From Vulcanimicrobiaceae bacterium (GTDB taxonomy: Bacteria > Vulcanimicrobiota > Vulcanimicrobiia > Vulcanimicrobiales > Vulcanimicrobiaceae), in contig JBHEMM010000019.1 of assembly GCA_046262595.1 (NCBI GenBank), positions 1 through 45,074 of the forward strand: 45,074 nt of DNA. Reading direction: 5' to 3'. The notes below the pieces were generated by a model, which saw nothing but the letters and a program-made list of their open reading frames with translations, made no database searches and had not been told where the DNA came from. How positions within the stretch are numbered: the stretch's first letter is position 1; the number at the start of each line of letters is the position of its first letter. The position numbers were made by a program, and so were the translations under genes. Positions 39,298-45,074 of this stretch are shown here, in pieces.

Positions 39298-39939
39298 ATG
39301 CTTCGCATTTTTTTCGCCCTCACCGTTGCCATGGCGGCTTTAACCGCAGCAAGCCCACGGCCTGCGCCCGACGCGCAAAGCATCATGCACGCGATCGACG
39401 CACGCAATGCGTCGTTGACCACGTTCCAAACGCGCGTTCACGTGAATCTGCGACTGCTCAGTTTCCCGTGGCTCTTTTCGAACCTCGAGGGGACCGAGTA
39501 TTTTAAGCGGCCGGACAAACACGGTGTGGTCTTCGACCGTGCGCCGTCGTATGCGCGCGGCATCAACTCGCTTTTCGGCGCCGTCGATGAGCCTTCGGAG
39601 TGGCGCAAAGACAGCAACGTTGTTTTTCTGGGAACCCGCCGCATCGCCGGAAAGCCCGCTCTGGTCCTTCGTATGACCAAAAAAGTCTACAGCGATCAGG
39701 TTAAGGACACGATCGCGTACGTCGATCCGCGGTCGTATGAGGTCACGCGCATGGATTTCAACTACACCAATGGCGATGCGATAACGATGACGCAGACGTA
39801 CAAAAATCAAGGACCCTACAGCGTGGTGACCTCGCGGCATCTGGAGATCAAGCGCCACGTGCGCGCCGTCGCCGACGCCACCTATGCGGCCTATCAGACG
39901 AACGTTGCCATCAGCGACACCGTGTTCGAGAAGAAGTAG
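39298..39939 (+). CDS. Secreted LolA-fold-like protein
   Basis: Signal peptide, G-x2-YFKRPDK, ...YVDP..., beta-rich; first gene of the efflux operon. Confidence 0.6.
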   Translation: MLRIFFALTVAMAALTAASPRPAPDAQSIMHAIDARNASLTTFQTRVHVNLRLLSFPWLFSNLEGTEYFKRPDKHGVVFDRAPSYARGINSLFGAVDEPSEWRKDSNVVFLGTRRIAGKPALVLRMTKKVYSDQVKDTIAYVDPRSYEVTRMDFNYTNGDAITMTQTYKNQGPYSVVTSRHLEIKRHVRAVADATYAAYQTNVAISDTVFEKK

Positions 39940-39941
39940 CG

Positions 39942-40544
39942 ATGCTGCCGCAAACCGCCCCCGCGCGTTCGAGCCCTGAGGAAACGCGCTGCCGCATTCT
40001 CGCGGCCACGCGCGCGCTTTTCGCAAAAAAAGGCCGACGCGGAACGACGACGCGCGAGATAGCCGAACTTGCCGGTGTCAACGAAGCGACGCTCTTCCGG
40101 CACTTCGGCCACAAGGACACGCTCATCGAAGCGTGCGCCCAGCACTACTGCCAAGCCGAACACTTGCAAGAGTTCATTCAGAACCTCACGGGCGACATCG
40201 AGTCGGACTTGCATGCGATTGCGCAAGCGCTTTACGAGCGGCTCAATCAAGTGCGCGACATGATCGTTATGTCGCTCGCCGAAGAGGAGGCCGATTCGGC
40301 GGTCGAGACGGCCGCGTGGCGGGCCCCCATGGCCATTCACACGATGGTGCGCGACTACATGACGCGCCGAGTGGAGAACGGCGAGCTGCAAGGCGACCCG
40401 TTGCTGATGACCCGGCTCTTTCTGGGCATGATTTTTGCGCGCGTGATCGGGCGCAAGAAGTTTCCCGACGAGCAATACACACAGAACGATCTCATCGATT
40501 TTCAAGTCAACGTCTTTTTGAACGGCGTAAGGAAGAAGAAGTAA
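39942..40544 (+). CDS. TetR/AcrR family regulator
   Basis: RIL-x-A-x3-LF...TTTREIA-x2-AGVNEATLFRHFG-x-K HTH. Confidence 0.93.
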   Translation: MLPQTAPARSSPEETRCRILAATRALFAKKGRRGTTTREIAELAGVNEATLFRHFGHKDTLIEACAQHYCQAEHLQEFIQNLTGDIESDLHAIAQALYERLNQVRDMIVMSLAEEEADSAVETAAWRAPMAIHTMVRDYMTRRVENGELQGDPLLMTRLFLGMIFARVIGRKKFPDEQYTQNDLIDFQVNVFLNGVRKKK

Positions 40545-41806
40545 TGGATACGCGCGAACGCGAGCAAACGGCAAGCTCCGGCGAAGTCGATGCTGCGCCC
40601 CCGCAAGAAGACACCCTGATCGAAGAAGGCAGCGCAAAGCGGCCGGGACGCCCGATCGTTTGGATTATCGCGGCGGCCGCCGTCGTTCTGCTGCTGCTCT
40701 TCTGGGGTGTTCCGTATTTGAAATACGCCCGTTCGCATCAGAGCACGGACGATGCGCGCGTGGATGCAAGCGTGGTGGCGGTGACGAGTAAGATCAACGA
40801 GCGTATCACCTCGATCTTGGTGGACACCGATCAGCGCGTGCGCAAAGGCGAGCTCGTTGTCGCCTTGGACAACGTGACGGAGCGCGCCGCAGTGGATCAA
40901 GCGCGCGCAAATCTACAGTTTGCGCTCGAGAATCAGTCGGCGGGCGTTACGCAAGGAAGCGGCGGCATCGCGCAGGCGCAGGCGCAAGTCCAAAACGCGG
41001 GGGCGCAGGTGCCCGAAGCGCAGGCCGGCGTGGCCGCCGCCCAGGCGCAGGTTGCACAAGCGCGCGCGGCACTGCCGGGCGCGCGTCAAGCGGTGGCCAA
41101 CGCTCAAGCGAATTTGGCGCGCTCGCAGTCGCTGGTGCGAACCGGCGACGTCGCACGATCGCAGCTCGACGCCGCGCAAGCGCAGTACGAACAGGCCGTC
41201 TCTCAATACAACGCCGCGCAGCAAGCCGTCACCGTCGCGCAGGCCAATGTGGACTCCGCAGCGCAGCACATCGGCGCCGCGCAAGCCGGAGTTGCCGCGG
41301 CCCAAGGCGGCGTGACGACCGCGCAGGGCAAACTGAGCCAGGCGCAGGCGCCGGCGCAGATCGCCTCGCAGCGGGCGGCGCTCGCGATTGCGGAGCAGAA
41401 TCTGCGCTATACGAAGATTTATTCGCCTATCGACGGTTTCGTGGGCGAGAAAAGCGTGGAATTGGGGCAAGTCGTTCAACCCGGTAACACGCTCATGACG
41501 CTGGTGCCGAACCGCGTTTTCATTACGGCCAACTTCAAGGAAACGCAAGTCGGCAGCATGCGCCCCGGACAGCCGGTCGACATCAAGGTGGACGCTTATA
41601 AAGGCATGACGTTCCACGGGAAGGTGGACTCGGTCAATCCCGCCTCGCAAAACACGTATGCCCTCGTTCCAGCGCAAAACGCAACGGGGAACTTCGTGAA
41701 AGTCACGCAGCGCATTCCCGTGAAAATCGTCTTCACGGGTACGGATTTCAACAAATATCCGATGCGCCCGGGCATGTCGGTCGAAACGTCGGTCCTCGTA
41801 AAGTAA
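40544..41806 (+). CDS. HlyD/EmrA family membrane fusion protein
   Basis: N-terminal TM, STDDA, long Ala/Gln coiled coil, ANFKETQ, NATGNFVKVTQRIPV, PGMSV. Confidence 0.93.
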   Translation: MDTREREQTASSGEVDAAPPQEDTLIEEGSAKRPGRPIVWIIAAAAVVLLLLFWGVPYLKYARSHQSTDDARVDASVVAVTSKINERITSILVDTDQRVRKGELVVALDNVTERAAVDQARANLQFALENQSAGVTQGSGGIAQAQAQVQNAGAQVPEAQAGVAAAQAQVAQARAALPGARQAVANAQANLARSQSLVRTGDVARSQLDAAQAQYEQAVSQYNAAQQAVTVAQANVDSAAQHIGAAQAGVAAAQGGVTTAQGKLSQAQAPAQIASQRAALAIAEQNLRYTKIYSPIDGFVGEKSVELGQVVQPGNTLMTLVPNRVFITANFKETQVGSMRPGQPVDIKVDAYKGMTFHGKVDSVNPASQNTYALVPAQNATGNFVKVTQRIPVKIVFTGTDFNKYPMRPGMSVETSVLVK

Positions 41807-41816
41807 ATGTACCACG

Positions 41817-42008
41817 ATGCTCGAAATGATCCACACGGCGATCGCCAACGTCGTGTCTCCTAACCTGCACGCATTCGTCACGCAACAGGCATACGTGCTT
41901 TCTTCTGCCGGCACGCGACGGCTGACTGCCGTCCTCTGCCTGGTGCTCGCGCTTCTCGTCATCATCATGCGCCGCGCGCGCACCGCCGCCGCCGTCGCGG
42001 CGGGATAG
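41817..42008 (+). pseudogene. Remnant resembling the C-terminal helix/TM14 of an EmrB-type DHA2 permease
   Basis: FVTQQAYVLS...LTAVLCLVLALLVIIMRR aligns by eye with LVAAQARTMA...VLAVVTLLLSPLVIFLRT of the 21532-23058 permease; sits in the emrB position. Confidence 0.6.
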
Positions 42009-42016
42009 GAGTCCAC

Positions 42017-43777
42017 GTGTTGTTCGTCCCGAGCTTGATACTGGCCGCGTCAATCGCTGCGGTTCCCTCACCGGCTCCTAAGCCGCAGCTGCCCGCGGTG
42101 CCGGCGGTTGCGCCCGGCTATGCCGCGCCTAAAATTTCCCAGCCGCCGCCGCAGGTGATCGGCGTGACGCAGCAGCCGTTCGTCGGAATAACGCTCGAAA
42201 ACGCGATCGGCATGGCGCTCGCGCGTAATCCCGACCTTGCGATCGCGCAGGCGAACCGGCGCATCTCCGCCTATCAAATTCAAGCGGCGCGCGGCGCATA
42301 CGACGTGAACCTCTCGGTGCTGCCGCAGTATCAATATTCGAAGCAGGCGCCGCAAAATGCATTTTTTGCCAGCCCGAATTTTGGCCCCATCGTGCAGCAG
42401 ACCACCTCGATCAACGGCGGCGCGCAAGGCACGCTTCGCGGCGGGCAGCAGTACGACGTGACGCTGGCGGGGCGTAAAGTGAACGACAACACGACGATCA
42501 ATACGTTCGATCCGTATTACCCGACGATCTTTTCCGTCAATTTCGCGCAGCCGCTCGGGCGCGGCCGCTCGACGAACCAGGCGGTGCATCAACTGCAGCT
42601 CGCGCAGATCAATCAAGCCGCAACGAACGCTCAAACGCTCTCGACCGTTTCCAGCACGATCGCCGGCGTGCAAAATGCGTATTGGGATCTGGTGTCGGCT
42701 TGGCGGAGCGTCGCGATTCAAGAAGAGGCGCTCAAAGACGTCATCGCGCAGCAGCACAGCAACGTGCGGCTTGCGCGGGCGGGGGCGAGCGCACCGGTTG
42801 ACGTCGTGCAAGTGAACAGCCAGATAGCCGTTTTCCAGCAAAACGTTTTCCAAGCGCTGCAGAATGTCGCGCTGCTGCAAAATCAGCTCAAGTCGCAACT
42901 CGTGGACAATCCCGCCGATCCGATCTGGACTGCGAATCTCGTGCCGACGTCTCCCGTGCTGGAGTTGCCGACGCAGCCGTCTCTGTCCGCGCTCGTCACC
43001 CAGGCGCTCGGCAATCGGCCGGAGATCGCGCAGCTGCGCTCGCAACTCCAGGTTGCGGCGGAGAACTTGGCCTACGCGCAAAATCAGGTCAAGCCGCAAG
43101 TCGATCTGAAATTGGGGTACACGAGCAACGGTTTTGCCGGACAGGTCATTCCGCCCGGCTCATTTTTCCAGAGTTCGGCGGAGCAAGTCGTCGCGATCGA
43201 TCAACTGATCGCGGCGGTGAATCGGACGCTTCCGCCGGCGCAGCAGATTCCGGCGCTGCCTGCGGCCAACACCCCGGTGCCGGCATACCTTGCCGGCGGG
43301 CTCGATCGATCGATCAAGAATCTGCTCTCCAACCGCTTTCCGGTGTATACCGCCGGCGTGCAAGTCAATTTCCCGGTAGGCAACAATGCCGCCAAAGGCA
43401 ACTTGGGCGTTGCCCTGGAGCAGCAGCGCATCGCGCAGTTGCAAGAAGCCTCCACGATCCAGCGCATCACCGCCGACGTGCGCAACGCACTGCAAGCGTA
43501 CTCGAGCTCGATAGCGCAGCTCGAAGCGGCGCGCGCCGCGCGGCAAGCCTCGCAAGAGGTTCTTGCGAGCGAATTACGCCGCTTTCGGGCGGGCGCATCG
43601 ACGACGTTTTTGGTGCTGCAGCGTGAAATCGAACTTGCGGACAACCGCGGACGCGAGTTGCAGGCTCAGACGAATCTCAATAAAGCCGTGGTACAGTTGC
43701 AACAGGCGACCGGAACGATTTTGAGCACGAATAACGTTAACATAACGACGGTTGGAGAAGGGAGTTCGAATCAATGA
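42017..43777 (+). CDS. TolC-family outer membrane efflux protein
   Basis: ITLENAIGMALARNP, AYWDL, NRPEI, E-x-RRF-x-AG-x-ST...L-x-QATG; AGGAG RBS and GTG start. Confidence 0.9.
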   Translation: MLFVPSLILAASIAAVPSPAPKPQLPAVPAVAPGYAAPKISQPPPQVIGVTQQPFVGITLENAIGMALARNPDLAIAQANRRISAYQIQAARGAYDVNLSVLPQYQYSKQAPQNAFFASPNFGPIVQQTTSINGGAQGTLRGGQQYDVTLAGRKVNDNTTINTFDPYYPTIFSVNFAQPLGRGRSTNQAVHQLQLAQINQAATNAQTLSTVSSTIAGVQNAYWDLVSAWRSVAIQEEALKDVIAQQHSNVRLARAGASAPVDVVQVNSQIAVFQQNVFQALQNVALLQNQLKSQLVDNPADPIWTANLVPTSPVLELPTQPSLSALVTQALGNRPEIAQLRSQLQVAAENLAYAQNQVKPQVDLKLGYTSNGFAGQVIPPGSFFQSSAEQVVAIDQLIAAVNRTLPPAQQIPALPAANTPVPAYLAGGLDRSIKNLLSNRFPVYTAGVQVNFPVGNNAAKGNLGVALEQQRIAQLQEASTIQRITADVRNALQAYSSSIAQLEAARAARQASQEVLASELRRFRAGASTTFLVLQREIELADNRGRELQAQTNLNKAVVQLQQATGTILSTNNVNITTVGEGSSNQ

Positions 43778-43914
43778 AAAAGCGAATGAGCCGCACGCGC
43801 CTCTCCAAACTTTCCGAACAAAAATTGCAGGAGCGCAGCGCGGTGCTGTACGGGCGTGAACTGGAGCGGTGGAACCAGCGCCCGCTAGGTTATCAGGCGA
43901 CCGCTCAGGGGTAA
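43774..43914 (+). CDS. Small hypothetical protein (46 aa; absent from the ORF track)
   Basis: ATGA overlap with the tolC stop, GGAG upstream; MKKRMSRTRLSKLSEQKLQERSAVLYGRELERWNQRPLGYQATAQG. Confidence 0.4.
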   Translation: MKKRMSRTRLSKLSEQKLQERSAVLYGRELERWNQRPLGYQATAQG

Positions 43915-43923
43915 GATCCCGTC

Positions 43924-44136
43924 ATGAACGAGATCAACAAAGCGGCAAAAGATATCGGCGACACCGTAAAGGAAGGCGTGCACCGCGGCCAAGCGGATTC
44001 CGAACGCGCGAAACGTGAGGCGGCAGGCGATGCAATGACGCCGGGTGATAAAGCCGGTTCCGTCATCGACGAAGCAGGCTCGACGGCGAAGGCAGAGATC
44101 GACCGCACGAAGCGCACGTTCCGCGACTCAACGTAG
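43924..44136 (+). CDS. Small hydrophilic stress-protein-like ORF (CsbD/LEA-like, 70 aa)
   Basis: Charged, Ala-rich composition; TAAGAT 6 nt before the ATG. Confidence 0.6.
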   Translation: MNEINKAAKDIGDTVKEGVHRGQADSERAKREAAGDAMTPGDKAGSVIDEAGSTAKAEIDRTKRTFRDST

Positions 44137-44842
44137 CTTACAATCGCTGCGCCTGGCGGCGGCGCGATCGGCAAACCATTCGAGCAGCCCGGACGCCGGC
44201 GAGACAATCTGCACCGGATGCGCCGCCGGATCGTAGGCGCCTTCGCGCACTTCGTGCAGCATTTCCGCTTTCGCCGCCCCTTCGCACGCAATCACGATGT
44301 GCCGGGCGTCATTGATTGCCGCCGGCGTCAAGGTGATGCGGTGCGTCTTCAGCTTTTCAACCCAAACGGCGCGCACCAGCTGAGCCTCGTCGGTGCGCGG
44401 ATCGCTGCCGGGAAACAGCGAGGCAGTATGTCCGTCGGGACCCATGCCCAAGAGAAGCAGATCGAAGTGAGGCTCCTCGCCCAGTAACGCGATCAGCAGG
44501 GTTGCGTACGCTTGAGCCGCTTCCGCGGGATCGTCTTCACCGCGCATGCGGTGGACGCTTTGCGCCGGCAGCGGCACCTTGCTCAGCAATGTGTCATCCG
44601 CCATTTTATAGTTCGATTCGGCGTTAGCCGGCGGCACGCAGCGCTCGTCGCCGAAGAACACGCGCACGCGCTGCCAATCGACTTCGCCGCGCCACGGCTC
44701 CTGCGCTAACAAAGCGTATGCCGCCCGCGGCGACGTGGCGCGCAATGGCGTCTTTTGCGTCGTGAACGAAAACGCCCGCAACCGCCTCGGCGAGATCTGC
44801 CGAAGATTCAAAGACGCGCAGCACGCCGGCGTTACGCGTCAT
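44128..44842 (-). pseudogene. pgl: 6-phosphogluconolactonase, frameshifted near 44735 (real lesion or assembly error)
   Basis: N-terminus MTRNAG...AIARH in one frame; SPRAAY...GDERCVP...SNY...LLGMGPDGHTASLFP...RITLT in another; conserved ALSGG segment missing. Confidence 0.8.
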
Positions 44843-45074
44843 GAAAGGTGCTGCAGCAGCCGTCCGGCCATGCGCAGACTCTCAAGAAACACCGCTTGTC
44901 CGCTGGTGCCGAACACGGCGCGTTCGATCAGCGAGACCATATCGACTTCGCGCAACGGCGCGCAGCGTTGCGGCCGCTTCAGATCGCCTTCCACGTGCAA
45001 ACAGACGACGTCGTCGGAGCCGTGTTGCACGGCTGCTTGAAAGAGCGCCGCCTGCGATGCAAGAGACACGCAGG
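44839..45074 (-). CDS. 3' end of a gene upstream of pgl, possibly OpcA (G6PDH assembly protein)
   Basis: Open frame to the window edge with its stop overlapping the pgl start; identity inferred only from the usual zwf-opcA-pgl order. Confidence 0.4.
   Translation of the reverse strand, partial: CVSLASQAALFQAAVQHGSDDVVCLHVEGDLKRPQRCAPLREVDMVSLIERAVFGTSGQAVFLESLRMAGRLLQHLS

Noticed and set aside
40960..41400. Repetitive GCGCAG-rich tract
   Set aside because: It encodes the Ala/Gln coiled coil of the membrane fusion protein and is not a DNA repeat element.

Overview
This is a GC-rich, gene-dense bacterial chromosomal window with four 10-N gaps, so it looks like a scaffolded draft or MAG. The gene content suggests a diderm soil lineage such as Ca. 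Eremiobacterota/Vulcanimicrobiota, but that is inference only. Most of it is housekeeping. It carries a peptidoglycan-recycling operon (nagZ, AmiE-like hydrolase, anmK, BadF-type sugar kinase, murQ, DUF4127-like gene) and an acyl-CoA carboxylase/methylmalonyl-CoA operon with fabI and an unannotated 49-aa epsilon subunit. It also has clpC, a BNR/VPS10 hydrolase, hutHUIF, a TetR-controlled efflux operon and a frameshifted pgl. The stand-out is the ~650-bp 'intergenic' stretch at 31489-32140, immediately downstream of and convergent with an HTH-WYL-WCX regulator gene. It holds two tandem, diverged paralogous ~200-nt minus-strand structured ncRNA genes. Each has its own sigma70-type promoter (TTGCWA-17-TACCAT with extended TG), covarying stems, a candidate pseudoknot and an intrinsic terminator, and each is preceded by helically phased DnaA-box-like 9-mers. 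The neighbouring WYL protein lacks the canonical FRxDRI arginines. Together these suggest a candidate WYL/ncRNA regulatory system that I do not recognise from known families. No CRISPR array, tRNA, rRNA or mobile element was seen.
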